From Candidatus Poseidoniaceae archaeon (GTDB lineage: Archaea > Thermoplasmatota > Poseidoniia > Poseidoniales > Poseidoniaceae), in the NCBI GenBank assembly GCA_949373075.1, contig CASIBX010000005.1, positions 5,873 to 69,872 on the forward strand: a stretch of 64,000 bases of DNA, in the 5' to 3' direction. Shown here in pieces: positions 44,474 to 53,766 of this stretch. A model generated the notes under the pieces. That model saw nothing but the letters and a program-made list of their open reading frames with translations. It searched no databases and was not told the origin of the DNA. The translations under genes and the position numbers were made by a program. How positions within the stretch are numbered: position 1 is the first letter of the stretch; the number at the start of each line of letters is the position of its first letter.

Positions 44474-47044
44474 TTGGACAAACGGATTATCTCCATCATG
44501 TTAGTTATCTTGATGGTACAAATCTCAGTTCCAGTGCATGCTGCAAACCCTGCAAGTATCAATATTGATTCACACACTCAAAGTGTTAGCGCTGACCAAG
44601 CAGTTCGTTTTTCTGCGGTGGTGAAGGATTCATCTGGAAGTCCGATAAATGAACCTATTATTTGGTCAGCAAGCTCAGGGTCAATCGATTCAGAGGGGTT
44701 GTTTACACCTGGCGTTGTTGGACAGACAATTATTACTGCAACTAGTGGAAATGTAAATTCTTCAACTACGATTAACGTCGTGGCTGGTTGGCCTGTTGGA
44801 ATACAATCGGGATTCAATGGTACTGAGATCAGTATTGATGATGAAATTCAGTTGAATGCATCTCTTATCGATAGAGCGGGTAATATGGTCGAAGGTGAAC
44901 TAAGTTGGCGTTGCCAAAATGGAGTTATTGACTATGATAACAACACATGGAAACCCGAAGAAATAGGTAACACAACAATGCGAATTATTCACTTAGAATT
45001 AGAAGAGCGGGTAATATTTCATGTAGTTCCTGGAAGTCCTGAAACACTTGAGATTCCTTACGGATTAACTGTACAAAGTGGTACTACTCAGCATGTTATA
45101 CCAATAGCAAAAGATTCTCAAGGTAATGAAGTCGGTATTTCTAAAGCAGGTATTCTAACTTGGTTTGTAGAAAACGGTTCAATCTCTCAAACTGGATTAT
45201 TCTTTGGTGGAGCACCGGGCCTATGGAATGTTAGTGTTAACAGTTCATCTGGAGCCTCGGGAGTAGGAGTTATTCGAGTACTACCTGCTCAAGCCACAGG
45301 ACTAGATATTGAGATGGATGTAGAACAAGCAAGAACTGGCTCACCAGTAATCATTTCAGCCATAAGAACTGACGTTCTGGGTAATTCTGGTGAAGTCATT
45401 TTACCGTTAGCAAATTGGACAGTCCCTACTGGTTCACTATCGATGGATGGAGATTCAGTCATCTGGATTCCTTCTAAAATTGGTGAATGGACGATTGGGG
45501 TATCCGACCAAGGATTCTCTGCAACTATGCAAGTGAGTGTCTCTCAAGGAATAATCATAGGAATTGATGTATTGCTCTCAGAAGAGGTTTTACGCTCAGG
45601 AGATTCGATTGTTGCATCGATTTCAGCCTATGATGCTGCGAGTAATCAAAGATCTGTGGATGGTGCATGGACCATCGATAGCGAACTTGGTGCAGAAGAG
45701 CAAGATGGTTGGATGCAATTGAGACCGGGCCCTACAGGTGACTTCGCAATTTCTGCAAACTGGTTTGACAATGAAACTCAAATTGTGCATGAAGTCGATG
45801 TGGTTCTAAATGTCTCAACGGGAGAATTAGCTAGGATTGTTTTACCAACGAGTGGAACAAGAGTGCCCTCTGACGGCGTGCTAGACCTTTTGCCAACCTT
45901 TGAGGATGAATACGGCAATCATCTTGATGACGTACTAGTCAATTGGGTTATTGATGGCAATGACATGACTATGGAAATCAGATTAGCAGGTGAGAAATGG
46001 GCGCCATCTTCTCTTGGAATGCATGAAATACGGGCTATGGCTCAAGGTGTATTTGCGATTACTGACGTCGAGGTTATTGCAGGCACTGCAAGGCATATTA
46101 CAACTGACTACGATGGTGGAATTAACGTCACAAGTGGAGAAGAAGTTGAGATTACTGTGTCAACATTAGATGTTCATGGCAACATTGCTTTAGCATCGGA
46201 TATCATTTTCGAATTCGATGACCAACAAGGATTGATTTCTCCTTCATCTAAAGGTGATGGGTACTGGATGATTGAAGGTGGAGATGAAGGCGATTGGAAT
46301 TTACGTATGACTACTGGCTCTGCCGTACGAGACATCACAGTAAGTGTCACGCCAGGGGAACCGATTCGACTACTAGCTGAGATTCCAGAACAAAATCCCG
46401 AAGAAGGTAGCAAGATGATAATCAGGATATATGCTATTGACCAAGCAGGGAACAGAGTTGAAGTTCCGTCTGATGAGATTACCATTCAATGTACCGTAGG
46501 TTCAGTAAAACACCTATCTGATGATACGTATGAGGTATCAGTAGACCAAGCAGGTCAATCCCAATCTTGTAATGCATATTGGAATGACCTCGTCGCACAG
46601 AGATTTTTCGATGTAAATGCAGTACTATTTGGTGGGGGGCTGGGCAACACCAATACTGCTCTCACAATGGTATCAATCATAGTTTTCTTATTCATATCGA
46701 TAATGTTAGTTTTGATTCGCCGAATCAAGAGTGAACAAAGTGATGATGAATATTGGGAAGATGAGGAAGAAGATGATGAGGATTACTCCGAACCTGAAGT
46801 CGAACCCGAAACTGTAACTGAGATAGTTCCAAGAGAAAAAGAAGTTACTGTAGAAGAAGATTCTAGTGAACTGAAATCTAAGGAAGATCTACGTCAACAC
46901 CTTGCAGATGAAGCGAAGAAAACTGGTGTAATGCAAGCAGCACCTGGAACTGAGCAAGGAAAAACGGGATGGTACATCGATTCAAGCGGAGAACTAACCT
47001 CATGGTTGGTTACGGAAAGTGGAGAATGGACTAGGATGTCCTAA
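44474..47044 (+). CDS. Surface protein of ~8 Ig-like (Big_2-like) repeats with signal peptide, C-terminal TM anchor and acidic/Trp-rich tail
   Basis: A TTG start with GGAG 8 nt upstream gives the signal peptide MDKRIISIMLVILMVQISVPVHA. Repeat borders are INVVAG, FHVVPGSPETLEI, IRVLPAQATGLDI, VSVSQG, LNVSTGELARIVL, VEVIAG and VSVTPGEPIRLLA. The TM helix is at about 46658-46717. Confidence 0.8.
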   Translation: MDKRIISIMLVILMVQISVPVHAANPASINIDSHTQSVSADQAVRFSAVVKDSSGSPINEPIIWSASSGSIDSEGLFTPGVVGQTIITATSGNVNSSTTINVVAGWPVGIQSGFNGTEISIDDEIQLNASLIDRAGNMVEGELSWRCQNGVIDYDNNTWKPEEIGNTTMRIIHLELEERVIFHVVPGSPETLEIPYGLTVQSGTTQHVIPIAKDSQGNEVGISKAGILTWFVENGSISQTGLFFGGAPGLWNVSVNSSSGASGVGVIRVLPAQATGLDIEMDVEQARTGSPVIISAIRTDVLGNSGEVILPLANWTVPTGSLSMDGDSVIWIPSKIGEWTIGVSDQGFSATMQVSVSQGIIIGIDVLLSEEVLRSGDSIVASISAYDAASNQRSVDGAWTIDSELGAEEQDGWMQLRPGPTGDFAISANWFDNETQIVHEVDVVLNVSTGELARIVLPTSGTRVPSDGVLDLLPTFEDEYGNHLDDVLVNWVIDGNDMTMEIRLAGEKWAPSSLGMHEIRAMAQGVFAITDVEVIAGTARHITTDYDGGINVTSGEEVEITVSTLDVHGNIALASDIIFEFDDQQGLISPSSKGDGYWMIEGGDEGDWNLRMTTGSAVRDITVSVTPGEPIRLLAEIPEQNPEEGSKMIIRIYAIDQAGNRVEVPSDEITIQCTVGSVKHLSDDTYEVSVDQAGQSQSCNAYWNDLVAQRFFDVNAVLFGGGLGNTNTALTMVSIIVFLFISIMLVLIRRIKSEQSDDEYWEDEEEDDEDYSEPEVEPETVTEIVPREKEVTVEEDSSELKSKEDLRQHLADEAKKTGVMQAAPGTEQGKTGWYIDSSGELTSWLVTESGEWTRMS

Positions 47045-47051
47045 TCCGTAA

Positions 47052-48692
47052 TCACTCGAATTGAGCGGTAAACTCTACAATATCGATTACGCCATTTTCA
47101 TCGGTGTCTATTTCATGGAAAATGACTCGGCACTCAGCATCGTCATATGAGAAACCTAAAGCATGCATTGCAACTTGGAACTCTTTCAAAGTCAGGTGAC
47201 CTTTGCCACCCATATCGGCTGCATTGAAGGCAACTTCTCTTCTATCATGTTCGGTTTCACTTGGATTTCTAAATTCAGAACGGAATGTATCAAACGGAGT
47301 AGTTCTTGGGTGAGCGTGGTTTTTACCATATAGTTGGTAAACAATCAAACCCATTACTATAGCAGCTACTGCTCCTATGATTGCCTTTTCTCCCATGATA
47401 TATACCAGAGCCAAACCAGATAAGATTCCCCAAATGTGAATTAAAGGATAAAGTGGAGCCCTATACTCAGGGTTCCATTCGTGTTTGTAACTAGTCTGAC
47501 GTAGAATGATTACACATGAATTGATCATAATGAATATCATTATTTTGAACCCTGATGCTAGTTTTGCAACATCCTTTACAGGAAGTAAAAGAATTGTCAA
47601 ACCCATTGCTGCTGCAGTCAAAATAATTGGCCAATGAGGAGTTTCATATTTTGCATTGACTTCCTCTAAGGATTGAGGAAGTAAACCATCTCTAGCCATT
47701 GCAAACAAAAATCGAGATGCGGCTAAGATTCCTGCAAGAGCCATGGAAATCATAGTGAGAACCGCTAAAATGGCTGCAAACACACCGATTTTTGAACCTG
47801 CAACCGATTCTACAAATTTGTAAATTGGGTCTTCTATTGCATCTCCGCTACTGTTCACCCACCACTCTCCGGGGATTGCTGCCATCATCATGTAGGTGAT
47901 GCTACAATAGAGAATGGTTGCTATTATCAAAGAAATTAGGATTCCATAAGGCAAATTCTTTCCAGGGTTTTTGACTTCACCCCCAATCGCAGCAACCTTG
48001 GTAACACCTGCATAAGCGACGAAAACAAAGGCAGCAGTTTCAGCAATTGTCCACGGGTCTGTATCCCATGCCGCATTCCATGGCCCAGACATATCAGTCG
48101 AATCAGCGAATAAAGCCATCACTGAGACAATTAACAAAAGACACAATGTAAATCCTAAAATTGGAGCTTGTATTATCTTGACTTTCTTAACCCCGAGAAT
48201 ATTTACTACTGTGATTAATATTAGTGCCGATAATGAAACGATGTACGTATTCAGTTCAATATCAAAATAAGTAGTAACAGTGTACATGTAGGCAGAGAAG
48301 CCAATTAGAGCAAATGAAGATTTTAACAAAAATGATGCCCATAATCCTAAACCGCTAATCGTACCAACAAGTGGACCATAGGTTCGCTCCAAATAAACGT
48401 ATGAACCCCCACTAGAAGGCATTCCTGAAGCCAATTCTGATTTTGAAAGAGCACCAGGCAACACAACAGATGCAGCGAGTAAGAATGCTAACCAAATACC
48501 TTCACCCATTATCATTGCTGCAAAGGATGGTAAAACGAATAACCCCGAACCAAGCATTGCTGAAAGTGAAATAATAATTACACCAACTAGACCCACCGAG
48601 CGCTCAATCTGGACCTTTACGTCCTCGACAACACCCCGTACATCACCTTTCAGTAATTTGTTAGCAGTTGATCTGATATCGATTGTAACCAC
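47052..48692 (-). CDS. APC-superfamily amino acid permease fused to a C-terminal EF-hand pair
   Basis: About 12 TM helices with the APC-type motifs MLGSGLFVLP and GGSYVYLERTYGP. The C-terminal 70 aa has a degenerate EF loop (DMGGKGHLTLKE) and a canonical one (DTDENGVIDIVE, 47073-47108). The start is a GTG. Confidence 0.8.
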   Translation of the reverse strand: MVTIDIRSTANKLLKGDVRGVVEDVKVQIERSVGLVGVIIISLSAMLGSGLFVLPSFAAMIMGEGIWLAFLLAASVVLPGALSKSELASGMPSSGGSYVYLERTYGPLVGTISGLGLWASFLLKSSFALIGFSAYMYTVTTYFDIELNTYIVSLSALILITVVNILGVKKVKIIQAPILGFTLCLLLIVSVMALFADSTDMSGPWNAAWDTDPWTIAETAAFVFVAYAGVTKVAAIGGEVKNPGKNLPYGILISLIIATILYCSITYMMMAAIPGEWWVNSSGDAIEDPIYKFVESVAGSKIGVFAAILAVLTMISMALAGILAASRFLFAMARDGLLPQSLEEVNAKYETPHWPIILTAAAMGLTILLLPVKDVAKLASGFKIMIFIMINSCVIILRQTSYKHEWNPEYRAPLYPLIHIWGILSGLALVYIMGEKAIIGAVAAIVMGLIVYQLYGKNHAHPRTTPFDTFRSEFRNPSETEHDRREVAFNAADMGGKGHLTLKEFQVAMHALGFSYDDAECRVIFHEIDTDENGVIDIVEFTAQFE

Positions 48693-48792
48693 CCCGGATA
48701 ACTACAGTTAATTTACCGCTAAACCGGAGCATGGGCGAAGAGTAGTTATTGTTTGCCACCTTTTGAGGCAACTAAACCCCGGAATATGGAAG

Positions 48793-50178
48793 TCAAACTT
48801 TAGCGATAACCTTCATTTCAACAGCGATTGGTGTAGGAAGGGCCCTAATTGCTAAAGTCGTCCTAGTAGGACCTACTTTACCCAATGTCTCAGCCCAAAC
48901 TTCGTTGTAACCGGAAAAGTCACGATCCATGTCCACCAAAAATGAAGTTACATCAATCACCTTATCGAGTGAAGACCCTGCTTCCTCTAGTATTCTTGCA
49001 ATGTTGTTGACTACTGCTTTTGTTTGAGCTTTGATATCATAATCAAGTGGATTGCCATTCGAGTCTTTGATAGGCCCTCCTGGAATTGAGTTGTCACCGG
49101 GCTGTCTTGGCCCAACACCTGAAAGATAGAGTAAATCCCCTTCTCTTCTGGCATGAGGGTATGCTCCAACTGGCTTAGGTGCCTTGTTGGTATTAACCGT
49201 ATTTTTACCTTCTACTGGGTCATATAATTTCGGCCCAGAATTAGTTGAAGGTGAGGAATCATCCTCGCCTGAGTCGAGAACATTTCTGTCGCCTCCATAG
49301 AAGTCAACATCGTCTTCATCATACTCTTTGTCGCCAGTTCCATTAGATTCGGGGTCTAGTACAACTACGGCAGCACCCGCACCATGAATTGGCTCATAGG
49401 CCAATACCTTGCCAGTTAGATCATTCCTATTACCATTCATTGCAGATAGCCACCACATCGGTTTGAAAGCAACCACTTTCTTGACACGTATTTGGTCATG
49501 TATAGTTCTACTCAGTTGTCCAATATCTTCCAAGCGACCTTCTGAAAGGAACTCGAGTATTTTTTGATTCCATTCATCATCTTTGAGAGAATGTATGCGG
49601 TCCTCATGTGGTTCAATAGGTTCTGTAAACATGCGGTTAGACAAAGACATTACTGAAACAGCGACTACTTTCTTTCCTTGTGCCTTAATCACGTCTTGGC
49701 AAGCCTTAGCTAAAACCGTGGTTTCAGCACGATTAGAATATACATTTGTTGAACAAATTACTGCAGGAATACGATTGTTGGGATTTAGTAACTCAAGCGC
49801 AACTACGGAACCAACGTCTACTGGAAATCCTTCGTAAGCGACCGTACGTGATTCTAATCCTCTTGCGAGATTCGCCTTATTCCATGCATGAGAAAAATCA
49901 GAATCGATGCGGAGGGAATAATGAATGCTGCCTAGGTCATGGAAATCTGCATCGACCATAACCCATTTGGGATTGGGGTCTGCTTGGATTTGATGACCAA
50001 TAACACTAGGCCATAGAGTCGAGTAAATGATTATCAAATCAGCATCGCTTTCTTCGATTTGGCGTCGAGCCTCATCATAAGCATCACGAATGCGTTGCCA
50101 TCCCTCATTCTTCTCCGGACAAAGTACGGGATGTGGATGTGCAGGAACGATTAGGGATTTGATTACCTCTCCTGACAT
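48793..50178 (-). CDS. Fusion: LigB-family dioxygenase alpha-like subunit (AmnA-like) + RidA/YjgF domain (AmnD-like 2-aminomuconate deaminase candidate)
   Basis: The N-terminal ~285 aa are a LigB-superfamily domain without the HPPH metal motif (PAHPHPVLCP). An acidic linker follows. The C-terminal ~128 aa (about 48796-49180) are RidA: KPVGAYPHARREGDLLYLSGVGP...IDVTSFL...RTTLAIRALPTPIAVEMKVIA. The ATG at 50178 follows GGAGGAG and the upstream TGA. Confidence 0.7.
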   Translation of the reverse strand: MSGEVIKSLIVPAHPHPVLCPEKNEGWQRIRDAYDEARRQIEESDADLIIIYSTLWPSVIGHQIQADPNPKWVMVDADFHDLGSIHYSLRIDSDFSHAWNKANLARGLESRTVAYEGFPVDVGSVVALELLNPNNRIPAVICSTNVYSNRAETTVLAKACQDVIKAQGKKVVAVSVMSLSNRMFTEPIEPHEDRIHSLKDDEWNQKILEFLSEGRLEDIGQLSRTIHDQIRVKKVVAFKPMWWLSAMNGNRNDLTGKVLAYEPIHGAGAAVVVLDPESNGTGDKEYDEDDVDFYGGDRNVLDSGEDDSSPSTNSGPKLYDPVEGKNTVNTNKAPKPVGAYPHARREGDLLYLSGVGPRQPGDNSIPGGPIKDSNGNPLDYDIKAQTKAVVNNIARILEEAGSSLDKVIDVTSFLVDMDRDFSGYNEVWAETLGKVGPTRTTLAIRALPTPIAVEMKVIAKV

Positions 50179-50180
50179 AT

Positions 50181-51074
50181 TCACTCCTCCCATGAATGGC
50201 ATGGCCATTCCATTATTGCATTACCAGTTCCAATAATTGTCCCATAACCATGTAGAATTGCAGGCTGTTCGGGGACATCTAAAGCAGATAGTAGCCAAGT
50301 CAATGCCCCACCATCTGCTTCAGCGATTGCTTGTTCACAGAATTCTGGCATTTCATCGATTAACTGTTGAGATTTACCTTGCCTCATCATTTCGATCATT
50401 CGCATATCCCAAAGGTGCATTGCATGACTAGCAATATGCTCTTTACTCATGTCTTCAGGGGGATTGGTTTCAGTTACGAAATGGCGATGCGATAGAGAAT
50501 TACTAGCCAAAAGTAAGCACTTCTTGCCACTTTCTTCTATTGCCTTGGCGGTTGAACGTCCAAGCTCTAGCATCATTTCTTGCATTACTTCAACCGAATA
50601 ATAGGATAGGCTGCGGTTAGATGAAATCGAAACTATCGGTTTATCCCACTCTGGCCTGACCATATGACAAGATACGATTGTGCCATAATCGACGCGGAAA
50701 TCGGGGTTTTCCATCATCTTTACAGCCATTCCTTGAGATTCGGCTTGGTCATGAATTGCACGTGCAAGTTCAACATCGATATTCAAATCATAATTGAATC
50801 TGAATAGATTTGGGAAAACGGGGTCTACACTTTTTGAAGTACACTTTTCTACTCCAATAAAGTGAGTTCCAACATAGGTTTGCCAATGAGGAGATAGTAC
50901 AACTATTACATCGTAGTCGATGTTTTTCAAGGATTCTCTAAGACGCTCATAACCCCAGCGTAATTGTTCCCAGCCACCTTCGGAAACCGGTTCATTTTGC
51001 TCGGGGTTTTCCGCATAAACAAGATGAGGTGGATGAGGAGCAAGGCAGCCTGCAACAATAGAACCCTTCGCCAT
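50181..51074 (-). CDS. Extradiol ring-cleavage dioxygenase, LigB family, catalytic beta subunit (2-aminophenol 1,6-dioxygenase AmnB-like)
   Basis: IVAGCLAPHPPHLVYAENPEQNEP, SPHW, SVDPVFPNLFRFNYDLNIDVELA, FRVDYGT, ASNSLSHRHF, WDMRMIEMMRQGK and GYGTIIGTGNAIMEW. The protein closely recalls AmnB along its whole length. Confidence 0.75.
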   Translation of the reverse strand: MAKGSIVAGCLAPHPPHLVYAENPEQNEPVSEGGWEQLRWGYERLRESLKNIDYDVIVVLSPHWQTYVGTHFIGVEKCTSKSVDPVFPNLFRFNYDLNIDVELARAIHDQAESQGMAVKMMENPDFRVDYGTIVSCHMVRPEWDKPIVSISSNRSLSYYSVEVMQEMMLELGRSTAKAIEESGKKCLLLASNSLSHRHFVTETNPPEDMSKEHIASHAMHLWDMRMIEMMRQGKSQQLIDEMPEFCEQAIAEADGGALTWLLSALDVPEQPAILHGYGTIIGTGNAIMEWPCHSWEE

Positions 51075-51117
51075 GTCATAACCAAGAGGTTCCGCATCTT
51101 CTATTCATCGGCGACGC

Positions 51118-51540
51118 TTGGGCCAAAATATGGGAAACGGTGTCGACCTCAAATTCCGCCATGTTTTGTGGCCTACTGTTTTTGGAATTGGCGTTGTATC
51201 TTTGTGCGCATATACATTAGAAATACATAATCTCCCGCCTATGGTTCTTGCATTGTTACTAATGGTATTATTTTCACCAGTACTAGGAGTTCTAACCAAA
51301 TCGGGCGACCTTCGTGAACATGCCATCGGGGTAGCAGTTGTCTGCATCCCAATGGCTGGCTTATGGGCACTTGGAGGTAATTATTTTAATATTGCAATAC
51401 CTTTCTTAATTTGGATTTGGCAATGTGCATCATGGTCAAAAAAGAACCTGCCCCCGTTTAGATATGGGATTTGGCACGGATTTGGTATTGCATTCAGCAT
51501 AGTACCTGGTGCAATGTTGTATGCTGGAATATTTCAGTAG
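51118..51540 (+). CDS. Small hypothetical 4-helix membrane protein
   Basis: 140-aa ORF that is hydrophobic throughout. It is the only + strand gene inside the minus-strand catabolic cluster and overlaps the panB 3' end by 7 nt. Confidence 0.4.
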   Translation: MGQNMGNGVDLKFRHVLWPTVFGIGVVSLCAYTLEIHNLPPMVLALLLMVLFSPVLGVLTKSGDLREHAIGVAVVCIPMAGLWALGGNYFNIAIPFLIWIWQCASWSKKNLPPFRYGIWHGFGIAFSIVPGAMLYAGIFQ

Positions 51541-52349
51541 GACTCTTCTTCATTTGGGAAATCGCCACTACGGACATCTTCACAATACTGTTGCACTGCT
51601 CCCGTAATTTGAGTTTCCAAATCGAGATATCGTCTCAGGAACCTTGGACTGAAATCAGTAGTAATTCCTAGCATATCGTGTAAAACTAGAACTTGACCAT
51701 CACAATCTTGACCAGCCCCTATTCCAATAGTTGGAATGGAAATTGCCTCACTAACTTGTTTTGCTAGATGCGCAGGTATCTTTTCGAAAACTATTGCAAA
51801 GCAACCAGATTCTTCTAGCAACTTAGCATCTTCAATTAATTTTGCAGCTTCTTCCTCTTCTTTAGCCCTAACTGTGTAGGTTCCGAACTTGTAGATTGAT
51901 TGTGGAGTTAGACCAAGATGCCCCATTACTGGAATACCTGCACTCAAAATTCTTTGAACACTTTCAACTATTTCGGAGCCACCTTCAAGTTTCACAGCGT
52001 GGCCTCCTGATTCTTTCATTATGCGAATAGCGCTTTCGAGGGCTATTGCAGAATTGCCCTGATATGTACCAAATGGCATATCGACAACGATTAGAGCACG
52101 GTCAACCGCTCTCTCAACACATTGTGCATGATAGATCATATGGTCTAGACTCATTGGAACGGTTGTATCTCTACCAGCCATAACGTTTGACGCTGAGTCT
52201 CCAACAAGAATTACGTCAACACCACCTCGGTCAACCAGTTTAGCAAGGCTGTAATCATAAGCGGTTAGCATAGTGATTTTTTCACCCGCTCTCTTCATTT
52301 CCTGAAGGGTGTGTGTAGTCACTTTGCGAGCGTTTGAATGGACGGACAT
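51534..52349 (-). CDS. panB: 3-methyl-2-oxobutanoate hydroxymethyltransferase (ketopantoate hydroxymethyltransferase)
   Basis: [51 protein letters not shown] and IVFEKIP motifs. Confidence 0.9.
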   Translation of the reverse strand: MSVHSNARKVTTHTLQEMKRAGEKITMLTAYDYSLAKLVDRGGVDVILVGDSASNVMAGRDTTVPMSLDHMIYHAQCVERAVDRALIVVDMPFGTYQGNSAIALESAIRIMKESGGHAVKLEGGSEIVESVQRILSAGIPVMGHLGLTPQSIYKFGTYTVRAKEEEEAAKLIEDAKLLEESGCFAIVFEKIPAHLAKQVSEAISIPTIGIGAGQDCDGQVLVLHDMLGITTDFSPRFLRRYLDLETQITGAVQQYCEDVRSGDFPNEEESY

Positions 52350-52386
52350 ATGATTACCTCGATTTGTGCGAAAAGGTGTTCAGCCT

Positions 52387-53766
52387 TCAATCTTCCATAA
52401 CGCAAATATTGACCGCTTCACTGAAGAAACCGACGGACCACATACCACCTTCCCTACCAACACCGCTATCTTTCACTCCACCAAAGGGTACGCGCAAGTC
52501 GCGGTGCAACCAAGTGTTGACCCAAACCATTCCAGAATCTATTTTTTCGGCTATCACACGGCCTTTATTCTTCGACCAAACGCTGCCGGCTAATCCGTAC
52601 TGAGTTGAATTTGCCATTTGTATTGCTTCATCATCAGAATCAAACTGGTGAATTGTGACTACTGGTCCAAATATCTCTTCAGTTGCTGTGCGTGATTTAT
52701 GTGAAAGGCCACCTATCACAGTTGGCTCTATCCAGGAGCCTGGTTTATCTGGAATATTTCCTCCAGCCAATATGTGGCCTCCTTCTTGTTTTGCTAATTG
52801 AACATAAGACATGACTTTGTCTCGATGGCTATCATTAATCACAGGACCTATTTCGAAACTCTGAAGTTGTTCGAGGTACTTTGACATGAAGTCCTCATAG
52901 ATAGAGGAATGAACCAGAACTCTAGAACCACACAAACAAATTTGTCCAGAGTTAAGGAATGACGCTCTTAGCACCCCTGGAACTGTAATCTCTAGGTCTG
53001 CATCTTCCATAATTATGGATGCATTCTTACCGCCTAATTCAAGACTTAATTTCTTGAACATAGGAGCTGCCGTGGCTGCAACTATTTTCCCTGTGGCTGT
53101 GCCACCTGTAAACGAGATTGCCTTGATTTTAGGATGCTCAACTATTGCTTGTCCAATCTCTGGCCCGTAACCATGTACAATGTTTAGCACCCCATCTGGC
53201 AACCCTATATCAGTGCAAACTTTGCCCAAAAAGTGAGCTGTGATTGGAGTTATTTCGCTAGGTTTAGCAATAATGGTATTCCCCATCAACAGTGCAGGAG
53301 CAACTTTCCAAGATAGAAGGTATAGTGGGAGGTTCCAAGGTGAAATTAAGCCGACTATTCCGATTGGTTTTCTCATGACATAATTTGTTGCATCTGGCAT
53401 CTCGAAGGTTTCCGATTTCATATTCCTACCAAATTCAGCAAAGAATCTGAAATTATTTACAGACCGGTCTGCGTCTACATTGAGAGCTACATGATGCGGT
53501 TTACCAGTATCCAATGATTCCAGTCTGGCAAGTTCGTCTATTTGTGATTCCAAAGAGTCTGCAATTTTGTCTAGCCAGTCACAACGTTGCAGTAAACTTA
53601 GTCCACTCCATTGCGATTGTGCTTTTTCAGCAGCAGTTACCGCTCCTTCAACATTCTTAGTACGAGGAATCGTTGCAATTACAGTACCATCTAAGGGTGA
53701 GATATCATCAAAGAATTCAGTGGGGGAAACAAACTCTCCCCCAATCAAATTCTCTATTCGAATCAT
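52387..53766 (-). CDS. NAD(P)-dependent aldehyde dehydrogenase (2-amino/2-hydroxymuconic semialdehyde dehydrogenase-like)
   Basis: ALDH superfamily motifs: SPWNLPLYL, FTGGTATG, LELGGKNA (catalytic Glu), GQICLCGSR (catalytic Cys) and EEIFGPV. Specificity is inferred only from the neighbouring amn-like genes. Confidence 0.8.
   Translation of the reverse strand: MIRIENLIGGEFVSPTEFFDDISPLDGTVIATIPRTKNVEGAVTAAEKAQSQWSGLSLLQRCDWLDKIADSLESQIDELARLESLDTGKPHHVALNVDADRSVNNFRFFAEFGRNMKSETFEMPDATNYVMRKPIGIVGLISPWNLPLYLLSWKVAPALLMGNTIIAKPSEITPITAHFLGKVCTDIGLPDGVLNIVHGYGPEIGQAIVEHPKIKAISFTGGTATGKIVAATAAPMFKKLSLELGGKNASIIMEDADLEITVPGVLRASFLNSGQICLCGSRVLVHSSIYEDFMSKYLEQLQSFEIGPVINDSHRDKVMSYVQLAKQEGGHILAGGNIPDKPGSWIEPTVIGGLSHKSRTATEEIFGPVVTIHQFDSDDEAIQMANSTQYGLAGSVWSKNKGRVIAEKIDSGMVWVNTWLHRDLRVPFGGVKDSGVGREGGMWSVGFFSEAVNICVMED

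Noticed and set aside
48735-48760. Possible terminator hairpin GTTGCC-n9-GGCAAC downstream of the AmnA-RidA gene
   Set aside because: The stem is only 6 bp, the loop is 9 nt and there is no adjacent oligo-T tract. This is too weak to report as a feature.
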